The notes under the pieces are model-generated. The model worked only from the letters and a program-made list of their open reading frames with translations. It did not search any database and was not told the origin of the DNA. From Bugula neritina (taxonomy: Eukaryota > Animalia > Bryozoa): DNA of 64,000 bases. The translations under genes were made by a program, and so were the position numbers. Location: the NCBI GenBank assembly GCA_964035545.1, contig OZ037766.1, forward strand, positions 11,274,722-11,338,721, written 5' to 3'. Positions 51,701 to 64,000 of the stretch are shown here, in pieces (positions within the stretch are counted from its first letter, which is position 1; each line of letters opens with the position of its first letter).

Positions 51701-54700
51701 GCAAAGAATGTTAATAATTTTTTATGATAATTCTTACTTCTCAGCAACAAGGTATTGGACATATCAAGTAACATCGATGATCTGGGATATCCCAAATGGG
51801 AGCATGTGCTCTGCCTTCTACTCTCCTGGCTAATTCTATTCTTTTGTCTGATAAAAGGAATCAGATCTTCAGGCAAGGTAATTATTCTATGAAGTTGCCA
51901 ATATACATTGTCATATTTACTGATTTAGTTCTTCAGTTATTGGTGAAATAAAACCATATTCGTTCGTGTTATTTCAATGACATTTAGCCTTACTTTGTCC
52001 ATCTGCTTTATTTATTACAATTGATAAGTGGTGTCTTTTAAGATCCATTTAGAACATTACTTTAGACTTTAATATCAGAAAATGTATTACACCAGTATGC
52101 TGTTTTCAAAGCAATAGATCTGAACTGTTATAACTTTATTATATATAAAATTTACCTAATCATTGCATTCACAAATTGTCATATAATATATTGTAATATA
52201 TAATGGTGTGGAAGCTATGAGACTTCATGCTATTACTTTTGTGTTATGTATAAACTTTGAACCTCATGGGTGTATAGCATTTTTATTTGTTTTAGGCTGT
52301 CTATTTCACTGCCTTATTTCCTTATGTAGTACTTATAATTCTGTTGGGCCGGGCTGTTACTTTGGATGGAGCATTAAATGGAATCTTATTCTATGTAAAA
52401 CCAGACTGGAAACTGTTGGGTAGTGCAAAGGTATAGATCTTAGTTTAATGCCTAATCATATGTTTTACTTATTAACTGTTTCAATAGGATTTTCAAGATG
52501 ATTTGCGTAAATTGCTTGGGTATAAATTTCAATTTTTTTACTGCACATAAAAAGGCATGTAATTGGATGTTTTAAATACAATAAATTGGTTGACAGCTAT
52601 GTCATTCATATGATTATGTTTTGACATACAAATGTATAATTTGCTGCTCTTTGCTTCAAGATATGGGGAGATGCAGCTGTACAGATATTTTTCTCCTTGT
52701 CACCGTGTTGGGGAGGTCTGATCACTTTAGCATCATATAACAAGTTCCACAACAATGCCTTAAGGTGATTTCTCTAGCATTGTGACTTCTAGTATCATAA
52801 ATTTAACATCCCAAATGTCTTATACAATAAACACTTTTCTCACTGTTGCATTTTTGACTGAATTAGTTAATTGCTTTGGAATAACACAGCACTGCGGTTT
52901 TAATGCTAAGTATTTTTATTTTGCCTGTTTTAGAGACGCTATCGTGGTGACATTAGCAAACTGTCTAACATCATTCTTTGCCGGTTTCATAATTTTTGCA
53001 ATTATTGGTTTCTTGGCTAAACAATTGAACATGGAAGTAGACAATGTAGCTGTTGAAGGTAACTAGTTTATTACAATCATGCATGTTACTTGGTGTTCTT
53101 GTTTGCAATTAACAGCATTGTTACCAATTTAGCAATTCTAGAATTCCAATTGTAATTACTCTATGCTAGTAACTTTCGATATTATCAAATTTATCTTATT
53201 AATAAGGATGAAGTGCTAGACAAATTTCTTTTGGTAACTATTGCTAGGAGCTGGACTTGCCTTTGTGGCTTACCCTGAAGTGGTGGCACAACTCCCAATC
53301 TCTCCACTGTGGTCGATTTTATTCTTTCTAATGTTAATTACTCTGGGCATGGGAACGCAGGTATATCACTAAGCTATTCATAAACTGATTGCAATGAGTA
53401 ATTGAAGGATCAGCATTGAGCAATACGAACCAGCTACTAAAACTGTATATGTGCACATTGTCCAAATATTGTACATGGTTTAATACACTGTAAAGTAGTG
53501 AACTATTAAAGAAAGCTAGTTTTTTTCAAACATTCCTGTATATTATTAAAAAAAGCTCTTTGTATTTAATTATAGCTGTGAGCTTTTTATTTTTGTAACA
53601 GATGACCATCATCAACACAGTCCACACCTCCATCTTGGATTTGTTTTCCAGACAGTTGAGAAAAGGGTACCGGCCATTATTCGTTTTAGCAGCAATATGT
53701 GCAGTCAGCTTTCTCCTCGGTCTCACCATGACTTGCAATGTAAGTAGCTTAGAAAGCGCTGTTACTAATAGTTTTATAACTATTATAAAGGGGTGTAATA
53801 CAAGGGGACTAAACCTACATATTATGATGTGTCATAAGCTAAAAACTGGTATGCCAGCTGCATTCCCACTAAATTAAATAAGACTCTCTAAATTTAGTTC
53901 AGAGTTCATTTTGTAAATAAATGTATCTAACCTTATTCAAATCATGTAATAAATACAAGAACAGGAGAATGGTCATATCTGTCATTGGCCAGCCCATGTG
54001 AGATTATATATTAACAGGTTTTTAATTACCTGACTTGTCTGGGAATCGTCATCATTTAATGATCGGCCTAAATAGCCTTGTATTAGAACTAATGCTGGCC
54101 GGGAGGGTATCGGGTTCATATAAAAAATACCACAGTTGAATAGCAACTAAACTCTCAGTATTTTAGCATTTTGCTATTATCGTAATTAAGTTTGCAGTTA
54201 TGTGAGTTGTTAGTATTTTCAGTACTTGATGCTTTTCTATACAAATTTTCATTTGTTTAAACTAGAAGAATTTGGAGGCTGTGTGGTGTAGTATAAAAGA
54301 CCTATAGTTATCAGAAATATCAATAACTTGAGTAAAACTATAAAACAAAATCATTCCAACAGTCCCAGAGCCCCTTTACCTAAGATACCAAAAACAGATA
54401 CAAATATACTAATACTAAAATACTGATACAGAAGCTAAGCTAAGCCAAGCATTAAATTGGAATTGGCTTCAAATATCTCATAACTCAACTGTTCATAATG
54501 ATCTTGAGATTTATGCCCCTATAGTATTCCACTGCAATCTATCAATGTAGCTCTTTGCCAGAATTATAAGCTTTTGAGTTGAAACTATGAATTGATAACA
54601 TTATATTCTTTATATTTAAACAACTTTGTTATGGGAATCAACTTTACTTCTAGAAATAAATATATTTCAGTCTACCAAATTGGATTAAGAAATTATTTAT

Positions 54701-57182
54701 ATTTGTAATCCATTTGCCTTTTGTCTAAGATACACAATTATAATAGTTATATGTAGCAGCAACAACCCACAGCTTAAAAGCAGGTTGCTACTTACCATCT
54801 TCTTACAAGGCATTTTTGTTATATTATATAATTATTTCTATGGTTGTCATTCCTTTTATTTTAAAAGGACATTACTATAAAGTTGTGGTATAGAGCTGCC
54901 CAGGTTATTTTTTGCTGTAAAACTTGGAGACAAGCACTGTTAAAATTCATAACTGATTATTAATCAACAACTATGTGCTGTAATAATGAGTCCAGTTGAT
55001 AAATTTATTTTGCAGGGTGGTATGTATATGCTACAGTTGATGAACAACTACGCAGCTTCGTATACAACTTTGATAATAGGTCTGACTGAATGCATAGCTC
55101 TTAGCTGGGTTTATGGTAAGAGTGGCACACTAATCATTTGTAACGGCACCTTACTAGCCTTTCACTTATTCTTTTAATTTGTACAATATCAATGATTAGT
55201 TTAGTTTTTTTTAAATACCTACATGGATATTGAAAATATTTAATGTAAATATTTGGAATGTTACTAAAAATTATAAAAAAAATGATAATCTTTAGATTAA
55301 TGTGCATCAGCAGAAACTTTTTAACATTTATAACACAATTTAACTGGAGTCAAGGGATAGATAAGATATCCTTAGTTCTTCTATACAGGATGGCAAAGGT
55401 TTGGGGAGGATATAAAACTCATGCTTGGAAGACGCCCATCACTGTGGTGGAGAATAATGTGGCAATTTATTACTCCTGCCCTAATTATGGTACGTGGTGT
55501 TATTGTTAAAAGTATCTGCAGTTTCCAATCTTGCTCACATTGTAGCTGTCAATAATCATCATGGCTCAAGCATAATTTAAAAAGTTCGAAAAGTCTGCTC
55601 CTTCATATTTTAAGCACTGGGAGGATAACTTCAAAGCTCATTCTAATATTTTAGCTCATGCACAGACCATGAGGCCAAAAACTGGTTATAAATACCCAAT
55701 GCCAGTTGTCAGACTGATAATTTGTTTATATTAGAAGTAAACAGAGTTAGTAGTTTAACTGAGAATTGCATTTCTTCTCACACTCATGAGTCAACATCGC
55801 AATATTTATAATGCATGGTAGCTATTTATTCGTGCTGTGACAACTCATATTTCCTGTCATAAAAATATCAATTACAATTACAAACATGCAACTATAATAA
55901 GAAAGAAGTGCAATTTATTTTTAAAATAATAAAATTATAAAACAATTTTCATACAAGACCAGTCATGCATTGCTCAGACAACAAGTATTAATGCCAACCT
56001 TTAATCCAATTAACCAAGCCAGACAACAACTAAATATTTGGATTACTTCAACTAGCAAGTCTCTGATGCATTCTATATGACCAGTAAGAATGAATAAGAA
56101 TAACCAAGAGAAAATAAATCTAAATAAGTTGTAGTTAGAATTGATATATGATGACACAATGGCAATTACAAAGCAAAAACCCACCTTTTTTTAATTGGTT
56201 ATTAAAGTTTTTACGAACATTAAAAGGAGTTTACTATTTATTACTTGCTTTGAAAGCGTTTTTCTATAAAAGTGCTATTTAATTGCCATCTGTTTAACTT
56301 GGAGCAGGTCAAGTAAAATTAAACCAGGGCTAGTAGTTAGGCTAGTAAATTCAATGCATGATTTATAAGCAATTTAAGCAATTCAAGAAATTTAAGTATT
56401 TGGGCTGATAGCGCTCAAGCCTATTTGTTTTAGACCTAATCTTATAAGTTTGTAGACCTGCAGGGTTTTTGCTGTACAATGTACTTACTATATATATTAC
56501 CATGTTCAGTGAGTTTGTTATAGTATAGTGCTTGACTGTAATTATTATTTTTTATGTCAACTTTACTATATTGATGCTATATATTTCTGCAGTTCATCAT
56601 GATATTCACCTTTGCGGACTTCTCCCGAACTAAATATGGTGACACAAAGCTACCGATATGGGCAGATGCACTTGGCTGGACACTTTCATTCACATGCATT
56701 TCACCCATCATATTGGTTGCTATCTTTACAATAGTTAAAACTAAGTTATCTAATCCAACTGCCTCATTTCTGCAGGTGAGTGATATCTACACAATTTCAG
56801 TTATACAGCTCCTCTGTTCTTTTAGAAACAAAAGAAAAAAACAGTACAAACATATTAGCGATAAATTGCATATTTCATCTGTCAATACCACCTAAGTCCT
56901 AAGACATAGTTCTAATATATTCATATTGAGAAAAAGTATACTTTTAGCAACCTAATGTTACACTATAATAAAGAGTATTACAATAAGTTATAATATTATA
57001 TAATTTATTTGAAGATCATGAAAGCAGTGACAACACCAGCCCCGGAGTGGGGCCCTGCAGACCATAAAGCAGCTAGAAATTACCAAAAAACTGAAGCTTC
57101 CATTCAAATGGTTCAGGTGTCCACTGACCTGTACGTAGCAAAGAATTCACCATTACCACGAGAAGAAAACTCCCAGTATTAG
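48708..57182 (+). CDS. SLC6 Na+/Cl- dependent amino-acid transporter, glycine-transporter (GlyT1/GlyT2)-like; about 15 coding exons; start codon uncertain
   Basis: [150 protein letters not shown]. The TM6 S..WGG motif is GlyT-type. Confidence 0.93.
50630..50887. mobile_element. 258-bp palindrome (fold-back MITE-like element) in an SLC6 intron
   Basis: Two 129-bp arms with no spacer (centre 50758/50759) and about 6 mismatches by hand count; ends ATAT|GTGACCC...GGGTCAC|ATAT. Confidence 0.8.
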
Positions 57183-58607
57183 ACTATAGCATGAGCAAAG
57201 ATAGACTAGCAACTGTTTAGGCTGTTTAATAAGTAGATATATATCCATTAGCCAAGTTTAGTATCAACTGGTAAATACTAATCAGCCTGTCTTCTTAATT
57301 ATATTCTAACTTTACCGCAGCCCATGACTATATCCAAAATTAGAGAAATTAAAACATTCTTTTACTAGTTAAGAATTGCCTTGGCAAAGAATTAATAATG
57401 TTACATAACGTCCCTCTATAAAGAGACACTTTGCAGTGGCTTTGACATATACTTTGCATACTAAGAACAAATAAATAGAAGTCACTGCTATAGTAAATAT
57501 GCTTGCTAAATATCTATACTAAATACAAAGCAACCTTTTTGCTCAGCATTTGATGCATGTAAGGGAATGTCAGCTTATTGCTTCACCAAAGATCCACAAA
57601 TCACAATAGTTTACTTCAAGTATATTATTATATATTACTTACTTTTAAAAATCTAAGACATTGTTACTAGGTACTATCTAAGCGTGCAAAACAATTCACC
57701 ATAGTTTATTTAATATACACATAAATTAAAGATATTTTACTTTTTGTTGTAAAACCTTTTGGCTGTGCCTAATGATTGCTGTAAACACTCGGTGATGATT
57801 GACATTTACTGCTATTTTTTATGCTAGCTGTTTTAAACAGGTTTATGATAAATGATTTTATTGGTAAAACTTAAAAGTTCTTCAGCAAACTGATTATCAA
57901 ATATTCAGGCAATACAGGAAAAGCTGCTAATGGTTTGACTTAAGTTATAAGTGCCTCAATACGTTCACACACTGTCTGTTTATATAGCCTTCGCTTATTG
58001 AAAGACTGAATTATGAATAATTTAAAAGATTTAGTAGATTTATAACTTGTTCTTAAAGACAATAATTTGCAAGTTGTGACTCTACGTATAATATACTAAC
58101 ATTGAATTGTTGCTATTCGCTTACATTCTAGAATCTAGACATTGAAAAATTTAGCTGATCTAGAGTATATATATTATAATAAATCTACAGCTTGACAGAA
58201 GTCAGCCTGTAATAATGCAGCATCTCTTGATGTCTATAATGAATAACATTACTCATAACAGAGCACTTTTGTTTAACTTGAGTATTCTCAAGGTGCAAAT
58301 AAATCATTCTGCTAAAAAATAAAAACTATAAAATTTCCAAAACTTTCTAGCATATAATATGTAATTGTATGCCTCTGTTTCAAATAAAGCTTCATAAGAA
58401 TATATGTTAGAGGTGATAGCTTTATATAACACACAGGAAATTTAGCCTTAGCACCCAGAAAGTAGTATAGCTGGTGTGTCACTGCTTCAGTGGTAATGTT
58501 ATTATGTTGAATGTTTAGCAGGCCACTTCAGAAATTCTAGAATGATAATTACAACAGCTACTTGACTGCAATTAATGCTGGCGTGTATTTCTATACCTAG
58601 GTCTGCT

Positions 58608-58658
58608 AACACACGCACAAATACACACACACACGCACACGCACACGCACACACACAC
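58608..58658. repeat. (CA)n/(CACG) microsatellite
   Basis: Direct observation. Confidence 0.8.
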
Positions 58659-61402
58659 TTACACCTCATGAAAAAAGGCAACAGTTGCTTTTCATCAAGT
58701 TGTAGAGTTTTCTGCTCTTAAATATTTCATTAGGAGAATAATAGTGTTGTTAGGCTCTCAATAATATATCAATACATTATGACTTTGCTGAATTTAAACT
58801 GTAAAGTATGCAAACTGATCGCACCCTTTCCTGCATCATGCAATATAAAAATACTTTTGCTCTCCTTATCTGACACAGGGTGACGTTGAGCATAAGTCTG
58901 AAAAAGGTAATCTTAGTGCTTTGCTTTCAACATGCTTCTTGTGCAACTATTTGCAACTGTTAAATATGTTTAATAATATTATGACACAATTATTATTAAA
59001 CAGTAGAGCTGAAATTAGTCAGAAAACAACATAAGTATAACACATCCTTGTTGGTGACGTAATAGATAGTGCAACTGTTTCACTCATGTACAGCTCTATC
59101 CATGCACACACCAACGAAATCCTAAATTAAACTGATAATTAGCCCTATATACCTGCATGATGATTGCTTGACTGAGTTTCTATAATATAATAAGTTACTT
59201 TCTACCCTGCAACTTTGTTTGGGTTGTGATTAGACATAACCACCATGCATGAGTGATACGGTACCAGCTAAACCTGAAACTCTTTAAACCTAAACTGGCA
59301 GGATTCTCATTTGGTTTAGGTTGTGGTGCAGTAGCAGAGAACTTTTAGTGGTTTAAGATCTTTAATTTTTTAATTAACTGCAGTTTGGGGCGAGGGTTGA
59401 AGCTCTCAAGAGAACATAACTTTTATTGTTACAGTTCTAATCTATAACACCGGCTTTTCTGAATTTCTCCATTACTGCACCAGCATATTGCAAAGCCTTT
59501 GAGATATATACAAGCTATTAATACCTTGTGTTGTAGTTGTCCAATTTTACTACATACCTATGATGGATTATTCAGCTCATTTATATTGCATCATAGTAAA
59601 CAAGTCATAAAACCACACTGATAAACAATATTGGTATTGCTTGACTAACAGACATAAATAGACATAGCCATATAAATAACTCATGTAAGGCTAATGTCAT
59701 ACATATTATAGTGTATGAGCTTGTCTGATACAAATAAGAACACTAGCACGTGCACAATTTACGAAAACTATAATCCTTTTTATTTTTTAGTATTGTAGTA
59801 CTTTTAAAATAAGACAACTTGTGACCAGCTCTCAAGTTTTAATCAGTAAATCTACTGATATGATGGTATTTAGTCAGGAATCATGATAGCTTTAACAAGT
59901 ACAGAAAGCTGCAATATATGTGTTAAATATATTTTGAAATTTATCCTATGAGATATTTTCAACTATGCCATAGGTTTGCATCTCATAGTACACGGCCATG
60001 ACTTCCTTATGATTGGAAAGTTTTATGCTATTGTTCCCTTGTTTGGCAGAACATGGTGATTCTGCCAGAGCAGTAATTTATCATATTACTGTCATGTGCT
60101 GGTGGTATGTGGACACGTTGCCATGGAAACCATGTGCAGTTCAGGAATGTAAAGCACACCCAGAGGAAACCAAAGTCAAGGCAAAAGGGGAAGATCCTAT
60201 TACACTAACTAGTACAAGTAGATACCATTTAGTAATACTTGTAACAACTAATGCAACAAATTGTAGAAGTACTACACTGTCTTGTCATATTACAAAGTCT
60301 TACACTATTTTGTAAAAATGTGAAAAGCAAGCAAAAAGTTACATCATTTTAAGACTGTGTCGATAGCGAATATAACCAGATACCTGGCACTAAAATTTTG
60401 ATTTGAAAGGTTCACTAAAAGGTGGAAAATGATTTTCAAGTTTCATATTCCTATACAACTCATCATGACTGCTGATGAATGTGAAATTAGGCTTCTAATA
60501 GCTTCACCCCTTAATTCTTTCTCGGTCAAATCTGTTTGGTATCACCCACCTTACATTGATCTTTGATTGTATAAAAAATTTTCAAAAATCAAACCTCACT
60601 ACAGACATAGTGTTAACATTATTCATTATAGACTGATTGTTAAATTTAAATATAAATATATACATAATTTGCATCACCTACATAGATGAAAAATTTCACC
60701 CTAAAAACTCTATCTCAAAATTTATGTTTTTTTGTTTAAAGGTTAACAAACACAACAAGACATATGCGAAGTACTTGGCAGTACTTATAATAAAACATGA
60801 AATTATCTCCAATATTAAATCTTACTAGATTAGTAAAGTATAATATTATATTGCTTTTTGCGTGAGCAATAGGTTTTGCAGTATAAGTTGTAAATTACCA
60901 TTATTTCATTATTCCTAACAGGGTCTGATGTTGAAAAATATACGCTAAACTATCTCCTAGTCTACAATATGTATAATCTTAATATCTATCGTCTTTTTTT
61001 TATAACAAAATATGACTTTTGTATCAAATACTTGAAAATGTTTGTGTGCCCAGCTTGTAGTGCTCAATATATATGAGTAAAATAGTAAATACACAGCTGT
61101 ATATCATCAGTAGAAGGTGTTTCAAGTATTTTCCCTAATTTAGTTTTTTATCATTGTTCAATAGGATGCAAAGCTTCTCCATTTTCTATATATCGACTAA
61201 TGTTATATTTTATTCGCATATAATCAAAATAAATATCATATGTTATAGTGTACTTACACATTAAGTTTTCTATCTCTGTCATAAAATTTAAAAGACTGCA
61301 CTATGTACATAAGAGTTATAAAAAAGATAAACATATTATTGTACAGAATATTAGGTTTGCTAATGATTTCATGCAACTGTGTGACATAAATTAAGGGTTT
61401 TA

Positions 61403-64000
61403 TTAATTATGAGGGCCAATTTGACTGTAATGTGTTTCTGAGGATGGCCTACAGTGATAATCTTTTGATAATACGTTATAAACACTGTCACTGCTTGAGC
61501 CGCTTGAAACTGAGGCTGTGGGATCCCTGTTAATTTTGCTGCTTTCAATTAATGAATTAAAAAATGATGGTGACTTTTTGCTGACTGGCGTGGGCGGTAG
61601 CTCATCTTCAAAAGTGATCTCTTCATAGCAACTTAATGATTTATCTTCTTCCGTATGAGATTTATTGTTAGAGTCAATAGGGATTGGTTTAGATTCTGTT
61701 GTTACATTCACTGATGATTTCTGACAATCAAACATTGATCTGAGTGTATACTGTTTATACTTTCTTGGTGGTAGCTGTGGTAATGGATCTTCTTCGTCAG
61801 ATGTTTCATTGTCTTGGGATGATGAAGGAGTTAATGATAACAGTTTGTGTTTAATCTGCTCAAATCTTTTACTAACCTGAGCAAATATTTCATCTCCAAG
61901 TCCATCTTCAGTAATCAATGAAAATAATCCAGGACCTATAATCAAAGGAAACAGTGAAATATATTATAGCAAATAAAAACATTGTTATATATTATACTAT
62001 TATAACAGATGTATCTTGCACTGCCCTCTGCATGAGTATAATAATTAAACTATCTTAACATATTTTATTGTAGTACTAAACTAGTACAATGCAAAAAAGA
62101 ATATTATATAAAAGGTGAGCATCTACCATACACCAATACATATTGCCTTGTATTTCATATAACATTGTATAGTATAACAGACTCCCCCAAGCTTGGTAAT
62201 TACAATTTTATACTCTATAAAGTATTTCCACTAGCCTCTCATGGGTCATGAATTTAGAAATTCTGAATTTTCAAAATTTATTAAGATATAGTTTCAGTTG
62301 CAATATGAGCCCAGAAGACACACTTTAGACTATTTTACAGGACTAGACTTGTACTGCTTTTAGCTTAGTTTTGTCAAAAAATCGCAAACAAGAAACATTA
62401 CAGCTTTTTTATATGAACAGAAAATGGCTATGAGTTCGCCAAATGGTTATTAGTAAGAAATACAAGGACACTGCTGAGCTACAGGTTTTGTAGTAAACAT
62501 AGAGCTATGATATGCTAGGGCAAATGACCAAAGTCCAAATTAATGGTTGACAATCATTTTGAGGTTTGTAATCAGAAATCCTAAATAATCTCTCCAAAAG
62601 CACATCTTCTAGCAGAAAGTTTCTAACTTTCAAAATGGGGGGCAAATTTAAGGAAAATTCTTTTTCATGGCTGAAAATTTTACCTCCCTCAAAATTGGAA
62701 TTTTGAAAAGCTGTTTTCTAGGCACATATCCCTTTGCAAAGTCACAATTGTTTGCATACGCATTAGATTATAGTTCATAATTATGATGTGATTGTAATAA
62801 ACTAAGATTGAGCAATCCTTTAAGTAAAAATTCCCAAACCTTTACATATAACCTCAAGACTTACACTGAATTCTAAAGTTGATGTCTGTCTCCATTGGAA
62901 ATTTTATAATTACTTTATAACTAATGGCAACTATTAGGAATAAAGATATAATGAATGCTAAATTGTTTTATTTCAATAATCTGAAAATAATAACAACTGG
63001 CTCACTAGTTGACTTATAGTACAGAATACTGCCTGTGAATTCTCTTAAGTTCTAGATTTAGCCAGATATAACCAGACTGTAGGCTACAACTAACACACAG
63101 AAAAGAGTTGCCTAGGTGATTAAAACTGACACAAACCTTCCAGTAAATCCTCAGTATTTGTTAATCCAATGGGATATACAATAGGCATGATTACTATCAG
63201 CAACTAAGTAGAATAAACTGGGCCTTATTAATCACTTTCTATAGTCTAACCAGAAATCAGTTATTGTTAGTGGTTTCTTTATTTTTTGCTGCAAATTTAC
63301 CAAATGCAGTGCAGTCTGTAAGATTTTTCTTGGAGTTGGTAAAACAAATATTTCTGTTCACAATAGCCCATGAATGGCCGTTATATAACACATAATAGTT
63401 TTATTACAGTATTCTTGTATTTACTGCTTAATTCATACCAAGACAGTTACACATTCCACACAATAGATACCTTCACAGGTTTTATTAGCAATATATACTA
63501 ATTTCCTTGTTAGTCACATTATTCTGAATTTCCACATATTTTTGAGCTAGCAGTTATTTATTGAAACGTTGTTGACATATTTACATTGTTTGTTATCTAT
63601 GAAATAATCATCACATACTCAAACATGAATTATGAATCACTCATAAATGTGTACGGAATTAGATGACCTCATTATTTACAGGAGCTTTTAATTAAACTGA
63701 TGTGCACCACTGAGCATATTAACTAGAAAAAAAGTTACAAGATGGTCATGCTATAGTTGGCTTATTTTAAATAGTTTGTATGGGTGTAGTCTCCTAATGC
63801 TACAGTTTTCATTGAATTATTGTATCCTTTTGTATTGTTACTTCTCTTCCATACCACTGAACTGTAAAATGAACGCCACTAGTGCAAAATAGCTCAGTGA
63901 TGTCAGGTAATTTTTGACTAAATAAATCCTTGCTCTGATCATAACATGCAATGATGTCTTTTCTCACTCACCTGAACTGCATCTCCGTCCAGATTCAAAC
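61403..64000 (-). CDS. IRS-type PTB-domain docking protein (DOK/FRS2-like), 3' part; exons >64000-63972 and 61935-61403
   Basis: Splicing gives FESGRRCSSG|PGLFSLITEDGLGDEIFAQV, the C-terminal IRS-PTB motif (F.ESGRRC..G.G.F), followed by a disordered tail with PQLPPRK, YEEI, YNVL and YSQI. Confidence 0.8.

Noticed and set aside
55366-55388. U12-like TCCTTAG near an SLC6 acceptor
   Set aside because: The paired donor is GTAAGA, so the intron is U2-type.
60013-60315. 100-aa ORF
   Set aside because: Non-ATG start, no recognisable homology and no partner exons found.
63822-63830. GTATCCTTT on the + strand
   Set aside because: Antisense within the adaptor gene's intron, with no associated exon.

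Overview
AT-rich, intron-rich animal (invertebrate-like) genomic DNA, not prokaryotic. Most entries in the supplied ORF track are single exons or spurious ORFs, so I built spliced gene models by hand. In order: 3' end of a divergent GGT7-like gamma-glutamyltransferase (+); RPS20 (-); two orphan genes (-); a degenerate tRNA/SINE head; a Rab26/Rab37-like GTPase (-); WDR34/DYNC2I2 (-) with a clear U12-type intron; an internally deleted RTE-clade LINE; a Src-family (Src42A/FRK-type) kinase (+); an intact 7SL/SRP RNA gene (-); cytoplasmic asparaginyl-tRNA synthetase (+); a GlyT-like SLC6 transporter (+) with a 258-bp intronic palindrome; and the 3' end of a DOK/FRS2-type IRS-PTB adaptor (-). The most notable observations are a candidate hairpin- and uORF-bearing cassette exon in the RPS20 5'UTR intron, the U12 intron, TA-periodic simple-repeat tracts concentrated next to putative promoters, and conserved-residue substitutions in the SLC6, Rab and GGT proteins. 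I found no unambiguous novel multi-gene system. All protein identities come from recalled family motifs, not from database searches.
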